From a virus (lineage: Duplodnaviria > Caudoviricetes): a stretch of DNA of 32,349 bases. Below the pieces are notes generated by a model. That model saw only the letters and a program-made list of their open reading frames with translations, was not told where the DNA came from and did not search any database. Shown here piece by piece: positions 8,398 through 15,707 of the stretch. Each line of letters starts with the position of its first letter. Position 1 is the first letter of the stretch. The stretch lies in IMG/VR virus record IMGVR_UViG_3300025277_000081, positions 1-32,349 of that record, one strand, 5' to 3'. The translations under genes and the position numbers were made by a program.

Positions 8398-8913
8398 ATG
8401 GAAATAATTTATAACAAAGACAGTTTTGAAAATGCAATCGAGGTAAACAATTACCCTTGGGGTTATAGACTCAAAACTGATAGACGGTACTGGATCGAAA
8501 CCACTAAGAGAGGAGACAGACTTTGCTATCAGACTTTGAATCCAAAGACTGGTAAATGGTGCAAGGTCAAGAAGTCCACTTATAGCGGAATCATGTTGCT
8601 TTATTTTGACGAGAACAACCACGTTAAAACCTACGGTATAGATGTCGGTTGGTCAGATGCGAAAGCGGTACATAAATTCGGTAAGGTTGTTGACGTTGAG
8701 AAGTTAAGCAACGAGCAAAGAAAGAAAATGTGCGAAGCTAAAACGGTCAATCATATTAACAGTAAGATCGAAGTTAGCTTCACTAATGTAACTATGTTGA
8801 GCGAAGCGGAGAAGACTGTTCGCAAGGAAAAAAGCGAAGCGGAAAAAGCTAAGATTAATGCTTATGCAAATCATGTTTATAACAAGTGTCTAACAAAAAA
8901 TAATCTTAACTAA
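8398..8913 (+). CDS. Hypothetical early protein
   Basis: 171 aa, RBS TAAGGAG; YPWGYRLKT..RYWIE and QT.NPKTG.W.K.KKSTY motifs. Confidence 0.8.
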   Translation: MEIIYNKDSFENAIEVNNYPWGYRLKTDRRYWIETTKRGDRLCYQTLNPKTGKWCKVKKSTYSGIMLLYFDENNHVKTYGIDVGWSDAKAVHKFGKVVDVEKLSNEQRKKMCEAKTVNHINSKIEVSFTNVTMLSEAEKTVRKEKSEAEKAKINAYANHVYNKCLTKNNLN

Positions 8914-8922
8914 GGGGGATTT

Positions 8923-9177
8923 ATGAGAGACAGACTAGAAGAAGCTATGGAAGAATCAATGCAGAAGGGCATCAAGTTTAAACTTGAGGACGGAACTAAT
9001 ATCTCTATCCAACAGAACAGGTTTGTTTACTGTAATGCAGGAAAGAGTTGCGAGGTTGGAATTTGGAAGGACGGAGCAGAAGACAAATTGAAAGTTCTTG
9101 GTTGGGTTCCTCCAGAAAGGCTTGGATCACTTTTGATTAAAGTCGTGAACGGAGAAGAGATTGAAGGAACAGTCTAA
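8923..9177 (+). CDS. Hypothetical early protein
   Basis: 84 aa, RBS AAGGGGG. Confidence 0.7.
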   Translation: MRDRLEEAMEESMQKGIKFKLEDGTNISIQQNRFVYCNAGKSCEVGIWKDGAEDKLKVLGWVPPERLGSLLIKVVNGEEIEGTV

Positions 9178-9182
9178 AGGGA

Positions 9183-9248
9183 GCGACCTCTTCGGAGGTC
9201 GTTTCTTAATGGGTACTCACAAGGTATTCATTAAGAAGCGGAAGCTTC
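9183..9248 (+). repeat. Three-hairpin intergenic element, copy 2
   Basis: GCGACCTC-TTCG-GAGGTCGT / TTCTTAATGGGTAC-TCACAAG-GTATTCATTAAGAA / GAAGC-GGAA-GCTTC. Confidence 0.9.
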
Positions 9249-9271
9249 ATGTCTATAACCAAGGAGAAACT

Positions 9272-9412
9272 GTGAATAAAAAACAAAAAAGAATAAGATT
9301 GAAAAATCTTAACAAGCAAAGAAAATTTTACTTAGCTAAAAAGAGAGCAACGGTAAATGCTTTTATAAAAAATCTGAATACAGTATTTGATCCTACTCTA
9401 TTTGTAAAATAA
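9272..9412 (+). CDS. Hypothetical 46-aa basic protein
   Basis: GTG start after RBS AAGGAG; the ORF-track start at 9161 would run through repeat copy 2. Confidence 0.6.
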   Translation: MNKKQKRIRLKNLNKQRKFYLAKKRATVNAFIKNLNTVFDPTLFVK

Positions 9413-9419
9413 AAGCGGA

Positions 9420-9487
9420 GCGAACTCTTCGGAGTTCGTTTCTTTATTGGTTCTAATAATTGGGATCAATAAAGAAGCGGAAGCTTC
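9420..9487 (+). repeat. Three-hairpin intergenic element, copy 3
   Basis: GCGAACTC-TTCG-GAGTTCGT (C-G to A-T compensatory change) / TTCTTTATTGGTTCTA-ATAAT-TGGGATCAATAAAGAA / GAAGC-GGAA-GCTTC. Confidence 0.9.
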
Positions 9488-9508
9488 ATGGTTGTTGGAC
9501 ATTCATGT

Positions 9509-9522
9509 ATTGAACGTTCAAT
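9509..9522. promoter_or_regulatory. Palindromic operator-like site, copy 2
   Basis: ATTGAACGTTCAAT ending 27 nt upstream of the AAA ATPase start; flanks are in inverted orientation relative to copy 1. Confidence 0.7.
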
Positions 9523-9549
9523 GTTTATAATAGTATAGGAGCAGAAATT

Positions 9550-10551
9550 ATGCTTAGACCTAAAGAACTGGAGAGAACACTCAAGACAATAATTGAGTTG
9601 AATCAACCAGTATATATTGAAGGTGGAGCAGGTATCGGTAAGTCTGAAATCATAACCAAAGTAGGCAAGAGTCTTGGCTACAACGTTGTTGATGTCAGAG
9701 TATCTTTGCTTGATCCAGTTGACCTTCGTGGGGTGCCATCAGTGGAAGATGGTGTAACTAAATGGAACCCTCCTGTCTTTCTTCCAAGGGAAGAGGACGG
9801 AAAATCAATTCTCTTTTTAGACGAGTTGGTTCATGGTTCCCCAAGTGTGCAGAAGGCACTCTTTCAGTTGATCAAGGATAGAAAAATTGGAGAGTACACA
9901 ATGCCAAAAGATACTGTAATTATCGGTGCAGGTAACAGAGTAGCCGATAGAGCAGGTGCTAACCAAATGAATAGTGCGTTGGCTAACAGGTTCATTAACT
10001 TGGAATTAGAAGTTAATGAAAATGACTGGTACGAGTGGGCGATAACAGAAGGGAACATTGATCCCAGTGTTATTGCTTTCATAAGATACCGTCCCGAACT
10101 GTTATATGACTTTCCCGAAGACAAGAATGAAAAAGCTTGGGCGAGTCCTAGAACGTGGGAGTTTGTATCCAACATCATCAAGGCGAAACCCGAACAAGGA
10201 AGAATCGAGGAAGAGTTGATCAAGGGTACAGTAGGAGAAGGAGCAGGGATAGAATTCGTAGGCTTTATGAAGACTTCGAGGGAACTTCCCGACATTAAGG
10301 AAATCTTAAAGAAACCTAAGACTTATCCTATTGGCGACAATCCTGCGGTTAACTACGCAATTACTGGTGCGTTAGCAAACAGAGCGACTGCAAGTAATCT
10401 TGGAAACATTATCACTTTCGTTACGAGAGAAGAAATGAGTCAAGAGTTCGCAGTTATAACTATGAGAGATATCAGTATGTTATATCCTCAATTAACCAAG
10501 ACAAAAGAGTACATTAAATTCACGGAAGATTTTAAAAACTTAATGTCGTAA
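9550..10551 (+). CDS. MoxR-like AAA+ ATPase
   Basis: Walker A GGAGIGKS, DPVDLRGVP, Walker B LFLDE, sensor I GAGN, ALANRF (arginine finger), SPRTW. Confidence 0.9.
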   Translation: MLRPKELERTLKTIIELNQPVYIEGGAGIGKSEIITKVGKSLGYNVVDVRVSLLDPVDLRGVPSVEDGVTKWNPPVFLPREEDGKSILFLDELVHGSPSVQKALFQLIKDRKIGEYTMPKDTVIIGAGNRVADRAGANQMNSALANRFINLELEVNENDWYEWAITEGNIDPSVIAFIRYRPELLYDFPEDKNEKAWASPRTWEFVSNIIKAKPEQGRIEEELIKGTVGEGAGIEFVGFMKTSRELPDIKEILKKPKTYPIGDNPAVNYAITGALANRATASNLGNIITFVTREEMSQEFAVITMRDISMLYPQLTKTKEYIKFTEDFKNLMS

Positions 10552-10562
10552 TTGGAGAAGCT

Positions 10563-11462
10563 ATGAAACTTAATGAAAAAGCAGTTCTAGTGGCACCAGT
10601 TTTAAGGAAGTGGAACCCACGAAAAGTTGACAAGAGACTTGCTAGAGAAATGGCAGACAAGTACGGAGTCCATTCGGATATGGTCAGTGCTTCTAAGAGA
10701 CTGGTGGCTCTGAATGAAAAGTCTTTCTCAAATCTTCAAACCATTGATAAGAAAATTAGGAATCACTGTTTCTATTCAGTTGGTTTGGGATGCAAAGGAT
10801 TTTGTGTGCCTTTTGACGGTAAGGGGTGGCACCTATTACCGACAGAATTGCATGAAAAATTTGTTGCAAGGTTCAACGGTTACAAGGACGAGAGAGAAAG
10901 AGTTGTTAAGAGACTTCTTGGCGATTACGATTCTATTGTTAAGGAAGCCAAGGAATCTTTGAAAGATATGTTTGATCCTTCGGATTATCCTTCTAAAGAA
11001 GAGATTGCAGGTTTGTTTGAGTGTGACTACAGGCAAAAAGTTCTTAATGAAGAAGGCTATATCGGGAGTGAAGGAAATATAGCTTCTGATCCTAGATTTG
11101 GAGTGAGCGGTGCTGAAACTGCGGAGGTTCAAACCAGAGAGAGATCGGCTATTGAAATGGCAACAGAACAAGCTACCCTTAAAATGGGTGCGTTGCTTAC
11201 TCACTTAGCGGATTGCTTGAAGGAAGATAAAACTTTCAGAGACAATTCTTACAACAAGGTTGCGGAAGCAGTTGAAAGTTTTGAATCTTGGAACTTCAAC
11301 GGTAGCGAGGAACTTACGAAAGTGAGTACCATTCTTAAAGAAGCGATAGCAAATATAGACGGTGCATCTGATCTTAGAAAAGATAAAGATAAAGCGGATA
11401 AATTTGTTGAAGCTTCCGAAGAAGCGAATGCAATTTTAGATAATATGGAGGGGATTATATGA
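10563..11462 (+). CDS. Helical hypothetical protein of the AAA/VWA module
   Basis: 299 aa, RBS GGAG; stop overlaps the start of the VWA gene; MFDPSDYPS motif. Confidence 0.75.
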   Translation: MKLNEKAVLVAPVLRKWNPRKVDKRLAREMADKYGVHSDMVSASKRLVALNEKSFSNLQTIDKKIRNHCFYSVGLGCKGFCVPFDGKGWHLLPTELHEKFVARFNGYKDERERVVKRLLGDYDSIVKEAKESLKDMFDPSDYPSKEEIAGLFECDYRQKVLNEEGYIGSEGNIASDPRFGVSGAETAEVQTRERSAIEMATEQATLKMGALLTHLADCLKEDKTFRDNSYNKVAEAVESFESWNFNGSEELTKVSTILKEAIANIDGASDLRKDKDKADKFVEASEEANAILDNMEGII

Positions 11463-12799
11463 TCGAATCAAAAGCGACAGACATTATGTCTAAAGCTAGA
11501 ACCAGATTAGTGACTGGACATCCCTTCTTTGGGAACCAAGCTATGAAGTTGAAGCTGATTGAGGACGAGTCAGTAAATACTATGGCGACAGACGGTTATG
11601 TTATCCGTTTCAATCCCTCTTTTGTTGAAGGCGAGTTACTTGCTGATATCACTGGAGTTATTGCTCACGAAGTGATGCACGTTACTAACGGACATCACTT
11701 GAGGCAGGGAGACAGGGATCATACCGCTTGGAATTACGCTACGGATTTCGCTATCAACAGAGACTTAGTGAGGGGAGGGTTTACTCTTCCCGAAGGTGGG
11801 TTGATCAGTGACGAGTACGGAAACAAAAGTGCAGAGGAAATATACTCAATACTTTATGAAGAGTACGAACAAGCCAAAGAGGAAGCTTCTAATTCCGAGG
11901 GTTCAGACGAGTCCGAAGAGTCGGAAGACTCCGAAGGTTCGGGATCATCTTCGCAGGGTAAATCTGGCGAGGGAGACGGAGAGGAATCTGGCGAGGGAGA
12001 CGGAGAGGAATCTGGCGAATCTTCCTCGGAGGGTACTGGCTCAATCGAAGATTACTTCAAGGATAAATTTGGAGAACAGGCAGGAGAAGTGACTGCTCAA
12101 ACTAAGGAGGACGGAAAGAAATTAACTGAATCCGAAGTGAGAGAGAAGCTAGAAGAGTTACGAGTAGATGTTGTGCAATCAGAAATGAGAGCAAGAGCAA
12201 GGGGTTATGGATCGGGAGGTTCAGAACTTACTCGTGATCTTAAAGGCTATGTTGAAGACAAGATAAACTGGAGAGATAGATTATTAAATCTATGTCAAGA
12301 TGCCATAGCTTCTGATTTTACTTGGAACTATCCGAATAGAAGACACATAGCCGAAGGCTTATATCTTCCTAGTGAAGACAAGGATCAGCTTAATACTTTA
12401 GTTATTGGAGTGGATCAGTCTTCATCAGTACGAGACGAGGAAGTTTCCCTGTTTGAAGGTGCTATGAAAAATATAATAGGGCAAGTTGGGTTTGAAAAAA
12501 TCTACATCCTTTACTATACAGGCATACTTAAAGAGGTGGTTGAACTGGATGCAGGAGATAACTTCTCTATGAAGCCAACTAGGTACTACGGAGGTACTAA
12601 CTTTAACGTGGTTACTGATTGGATAGAGCAAGAAGGAATCATTCCTTCATGCTTGTTAATGCTGACAGACGGAGAGTGCAGGGTTCCTCTTGAACCTAGC
12701 TATCCTGTTGGGTGGTGCTTAACTCCTAACTACAATGACTATTATCTTCATGCTATGGGATTGGATAGGTATGGAGAAATAATCGAGTTGGAAATGTAG
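11459..12799 (+). CDS. HExxH metallopeptidase-like plus VWA-domain protein (DUF2201-like)
   Basis: TMATDG, AHEVMHV...HH.R, WNYATDFAIN; acidic Ser/Gly/Glu linker; MIDAS-like DQSSSV, GGTNF and LTDG. Confidence 0.88.
   Translation: MIESKATDIMSKARTRLVTGHPFFGNQAMKLKLIEDESVNTMATDGYVIRFNPSFVEGELLADITGVIAHEVMHVTNGHHLRQGDRDHTAWNYATDFAINRDLVRGGFTLPEGGLISDEYGNKSAEEIYSILYEEYEQAKEEASNSEGSDESEESEDSEGSGSSSQGKSGEGDGEESGEGDGEESGESSSEGTGSIEDYFKDKFGEQAGEVTAQTKEDGKKLTESEVREKLEELRVDVVQSEMRARARGYGSGGSELTRDLKGYVEDKINWRDRLLNLCQDAIASDFTWNYPNRRHIAEGLYLPSEDKDQLNTLVIGVDQSSSVRDEEVSLFEGAMKNIIGQVGFEKIYILYYTGILKEVVELDAGDNFSMKPTRYYGGTNFNVVTDWIEQEGIIPSCLLMLTDGECRVPLEPSYPVGWCLTPNYNDYYLHAMGLDRYGEIIELEM
11961..12018 (+). repeat. 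In-frame 24-bp tandem repeat (~2.4 copies)
   Basis: AATCTGGCGAGGGAGACGGAGAGG twice plus AATCTGGCGA, encoding SGEGDGEE repeats in the linker. Confidence 0.9.
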
Positions 12800-12867
12800 C
12801 ACGGCACGACACTGGGCATGTTTTTGGGGTAGTCGTTACGGATATTTGACGGCTATCCCAATTAAAC

Positions 12868-12881
12868 ATTGAACGTTCAAT
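12868..12881. promoter_or_regulatory. Palindromic operator-like site, copy 3
   Basis: TTAAAC-ATTGAACGTTCAAT-ATTTAA, intergenic, between two hairpins. Confidence 0.7.
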
Positions 12882-12925
12882 ATTTAACTAGATGACAAGT
12901 CATCTAAAATTTATAAGGAAACTAT

Positions 12926-13279
12926 ATGAAATATGATAAAGACTATAAGTATAAAGGCTACACTATCCGAAGAAGGAAAAGATTTGGAGAGTGGAAGTAT
13001 ATAGTTGTTGATCCGAATGGAGAATATGCAACCGAATATACGAATGGCAATACAAATATTCGCACCTTAGACTTAGCTAAGTGGAGAATTAATTATTTAA
13101 TTGAAGAAGAAGCGGAAGCTTCTTACGAATGTTCTGATAAGTATTTCTTAATCCAAGAATTTGAAACTGCGGAAGCTAGAGATAAAGCTTTGGATAAAGT
13201 AAGTGATGAAATAACTTGTTACTTTTCAGAAAATACTGGCGGTTATTACAACAGTGGTAAGTGGGTATTTGTTTGTTAA
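12926..13279 (+). CDS. Hypothetical early protein
   Basis: 117 aa, RBS TAAGGA; N-terminal YKGYTI motif common in small phage proteins. Confidence 0.75.
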   Translation: MKYDKDYKYKGYTIRRRKRFGEWKYIVVDPNGEYATEYTNGNTNIRTLDLAKWRINYLIEEEAEASYECSDKYFLIQEFETAEARDKALDKVSDEITCYFSENTGGYYNSGKWVFVC

Positions 13280-13286
13280 AAAGTAA

Positions 13287-13352
13287 GCGACCTCTTAGGA
13301 GGTCGTTTCTTTATAGGTATTCACAAGGTATCTATAAAGAAGCGGAGGCTTC
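13287..13352 (+). repeat. Three-hairpin intergenic element, copy 4
   Basis: GCGACCTC-TTAG-GAGGTCGT / TTCTTTATAGGTAT-TCACAAG-GTATCTATAAAGAA / GAAGC-GGAG-GCTTC. Confidence 0.9.
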
Positions 13353-13380
13353 ATGTGTATAACTACAATTAGGAGAACTA

Positions 13381-13656
13381 ATGATATTAGTTAGAATAAA
13401 TATAGAAGACGGAGACAAGACTTATAGTGAATATCAATATTATAAGAATTTTAATCTCGAAGACTATCAACAAGACGTAGGAAAAATAAATGATGAAACA
13501 ATTTTATCCGAGTTTTTTGGAGAAGAGTTTTCTGACGATGATCTTTATGAATCACATAGCTACGAGTATGGCGATACGGTTGTTCGTGTAGGTAAAGTTT
13601 CAACACTTAACCAAGAACAATTAGAGGTTTTTAAAGAACTGCGTATTCTTTATTAA
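13381..13656 (+). CDS. Hypothetical acidic protein
   Basis: 91 aa, RBS AGGAG; bounded by repeat copies 4 and 5. Confidence 0.75.
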   Translation: MILVRINIEDGDKTYSEYQYYKNFNLEDYQQDVGKINDETILSEFFGEEFSDDDLYESHSYEYGDTVVRVGKVSTLNQEQLEVFKELRILY

Positions 13657-13663
13657 AAAGTAA

Positions 13664-13728
13664 GCGACCTCTTAAGAGGTCGTTTCTTTATGGGTACTAT
13701 TCGGTATCCATAAAGAAGCGGAAGCTTC
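13664..13728 (+). repeat. Three-hairpin intergenic element, copy 5
   Basis: GCGACCTC-TTAA-GAGGTCGT / TTCTTTATGGGTAC-TATTCG-GTATCCATAAAGAA / GAAGC-GGAA-GCTTC. Confidence 0.9.
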
Positions 13729-13762
13729 ATGTGTTTAACGAGAACTTATAAGGAAAATTATT

Positions 13763-14182
13763 ATGGTTGATATAACGACAGATAGGTTTGAATCTAGGAA
13801 GGTTCGTGCCAAGGAGATTGAAGCGAAGGAAGAGAAAACTACGGAAGACTTATTATTCTTAGACTTTGTGGACTTGTTAGTAAGCATGGTTGATATCGCT
13901 AGAAATATGGAAAAATTTCTTTTGGATAATCCATATTCTGACTTCAATTCTTACTGTGGCTTTTTTCGGAACGAGTTTCTTCAATCTAAATCTATAACAA
14001 ATAGAATAACTGGAGAGAGTGTTCCATTTCTTACGGATCATGAAGAACGTCAATGCTATTCTCTAAAGCAAGGAAGAGTTCTTGAAGATGTTTTTAATAC
14101 TCTTCAAGATTCTATAAGAAAGGGCGAAGAATATAATCCAGTTGATGCTATTGAAGTAGCGGATATGTGGTACAACTCTTAA
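13763..14182 (+). CDS. Hypothetical protein
   Basis: 139 aa, RBS TAAGGA; bounded by repeat copies 5 and 6. Confidence 0.75.
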   Translation: MVDITTDRFESRKVRAKEIEAKEEKTTEDLLFLDFVDLLVSMVDIARNMEKFLLDNPYSDFNSYCGFFRNEFLQSKSITNRITGESVPFLTDHEERQCYSLKQGRVLEDVFNTLQDSIRKGEEYNPVDAIEVADMWYNS

Positions 14183-14188
14183 AAGTAA

Positions 14189-14251
14189 GCGACCTCTTCG
14201 GAGGTCGTTTCTTTATAGGTACTACGGTATCTATAAAGAAGCGGAAGCTTC
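14189..14251 (+). repeat. Three-hairpin intergenic element, copy 6
   Basis: GCGACCTC-TTCG-GAGGTCGT / TTCTTTATAGGTAC-TACG-GTATCTATAAAGAA / GAAGC-GGAA-GCTTC. Confidence 0.9.
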
Positions 14252-14276
14252 ATGTGTATAACTAAAAGGAACTAAT

Positions 14277-14444
14277 ATGAAATGTATTATTTGTAAAAAT
14301 CCTATCGAGGAAAAAAGAACTCCCGAAGGTAAAGTCTATTGGGACAGTGGTAACAATGCTGAACCAGTAGCAGAAGGTAGATGTTGTGATGTCTGTGATG
14401 CAGACATTGTTATCCCTACTAGATTTATGGGGGTGGCTAAATGA
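14277..14444 (+). CDS. Small putative zinc-binding protein (55 aa)
   Basis: Hand-translated MKCIICKNPIEEKRTPEGKVYWDSGNNAEPVAEGRCCDVCDADIVIPTRFMGVAK*; CxxC...GNNAEP...GRCCxxC; RBS AAGGA; ATGA overlap with the next gene. Confidence 0.8.
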   Translation: MKCIICKNPIEEKRTPEGKVYWDSGNNAEPVAEGRCCDVCDADIVIPTRFMGVAK

Positions 14445-14632
14445 AATTTTTAGTTGCGTATATAGTGTGTGGTATGAGTTCACTTTTCCTAACTCTCTAT
14501 GTGGGAAATGACCTCATTCAATACGGTTACTCTACTTATGGACACATTACGTTTCTGTCTCTCTTCTCTTTCCTAAGTGGATCATTCCTTTTCTTAGGAA
14601 TAGATAAGTATTGGGAGGTGTCTAGTGAGTAA
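14441..14632 (+). CDS. Small membrane protein with two predicted TM segments
   Basis: 63 aa with two hydrophobic stretches; translationally coupled on both sides. Confidence 0.65.
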   Translation: MKFLVAYIVCGMSSLFLTLYVGNDLIQYGYSTYGHITFLSLFSFLSGSFLFLGIDKYWEVSSE

Positions 14633-14897
14633 AAAATATAACTACGCTGTAGTGCGAACAATCACAACTACTAGATTAATGTATGCAGAAAATGATCAAG
14701 AGTTGCGTGAGTTATATAGTGAGGGAATTGTTGATCAAGAGTTATCCTTTAATAGAGAGTATGAAGATTATACTTTTTATAGAATTGATAGTGACGGAGA
14801 AACAATGGTTCCTCTCCTAGATAAAAATAAGTTTGATATATGGGGGAAAGATTCTCCTATTATAACTAATGAAAAAGAGGAGGTGCCTAGTGAGTGA
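14625..14897 (+). CDS. Hypothetical protein
   Basis: 90 aa, GTG start, RBS GGAGGT. Confidence 0.7.
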   Translation: MSKKYNYAVVRTITTTRLMYAENDQELRELYSEGIVDQELSFNREYEDYTFYRIDSDGETMVPLLDKNKFDIWGKDSPIITNEKEEVPSE

Positions 14898-15519
14898 AGT
14901 AATACCTAAAACTAATATGGAAAAGCTAAGACACTTCTCAACAGAAGGTAATCTTAGTGAGTGGGAATCTAACTTTGCCAACAGTGTGATTACGCAGTTG
15001 GAAAAGAAAGGCGACCTTTCAGAGAAGCAGTGGGGTTGTATTGCTAAGATTGTAGATCAAGTAGAGAACCCTAAGAAACCAGACTTCCTAAGTAAGAGTA
15101 CCAAAATCGCTAATATGAGCGGTGTGGTGGCACTTATGAACAAGGTTAAGGGTTTCCCCAAGCTTTGGTTCAAATTGCCTAATGACGCTGACCTATGTAT
15201 CTATAAGGCTACGGATAGATCGAAGTACGCAGGTCAATTGCAGTTGACTGGCGGTAAGTATGGATCGGCTTACTACGGAAGGATTACCCAAGGAGGAGAA
15301 CTGTTTACTTATCCCGAAGGGAAAGAAGTTGAGCAGGAACTAACCGACCTATTAACTAGGTTAGGCTCTAACCCTTCCGAGGTTGCAAGTGAGTACGGAA
15401 AGCTGACTGGTACTTGTAGCTTTTGTCATAGAAAATTGAGTGACGAAAGAAGCAAGAAGGTTGGTTACGGTGCTACTTGTGCAAGTAATTATGAGTTGCC
15501 TTGGGGTAAGGTAGCTTAA
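14890..15519 (+). CDS. Hypothetical protein with C-terminal Zn-finger (DUF6011-like)
   Basis: GTG start at 14890 after GGAGGT; C-terminal YGKLTGTCSFCHRKLSDERSKKVGYGATCA pattern. Confidence 0.75.
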   Translation: MSEVIPKTNMEKLRHFSTEGNLSEWESNFANSVITQLEKKGDLSEKQWGCIAKIVDQVENPKKPDFLSKSTKIANMSGVVALMNKVKGFPKLWFKLPNDADLCIYKATDRSKYAGQLQLTGGKYGSAYYGRITQGGELFTYPEGKEVEQELTDLLTRLGSNPSEVASEYGKLTGTCSFCHRKLSDERSKKVGYGATCASNYELPWGKVA

Positions 15520-15619
15520 AGAAACAATGCCCCTCTCCTATACAACCAAGTGAGAGAATTGGTTTAGTTGAACCATTGGGGGCAGAGTAATAGCGTGGTG
15601 GTTCAACATTCTCTTAGTG

Positions 15620-15655
15620 AGGGATAGATGTCAAAGTCTATCCCTTTCTTTTTTT
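15620..15655 (+). terminator. Intrinsic terminator
   Basis: AGGGATAGA...TCTATCCCT stem followed by TTCTTTTTTT. Confidence 0.8.
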
Positions 15656-15707
15656 GTATCTGATCTAAACAGATATTTCAACGACATCTTATTAAGAGGG
15701 AATTATT

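Noticed and set aside
9233-9248. H3 (AAGAAGCGGAAGCTTC) resembles, from memory, the N4 virion RNA polymerase hairpin promoter (AAGAAGCGGAGCTTC)
   Set aside because: The loop is 4 nt rather than 3, N4 geometry would drive transcription antisense to the adjacent genes, and no virion RNAP is visible in this window. Worth revisiting only if the full genome encodes one.
9161-9271. N-terminal extension of ORF 9161-9412
   Set aside because: It runs through repeat copy 2; the GTG at 9272 has the proper RBS.
8141-14251. Repeats as a CRISPR or mini-CRISPR array (Cas4-like nucleases are present)
   Set aside because: Units are ~65 nt, diverge internally and are separated by whole genes (170 bp to 3.8 kb), not by constant-length spacers. 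The nucleases sit in ordinary recombination modules.
8141-14251. Integron attC sites
   Set aside because: No RYYYAAC/GTTRRRY core boxes and no tyrosine recombinase in the window.
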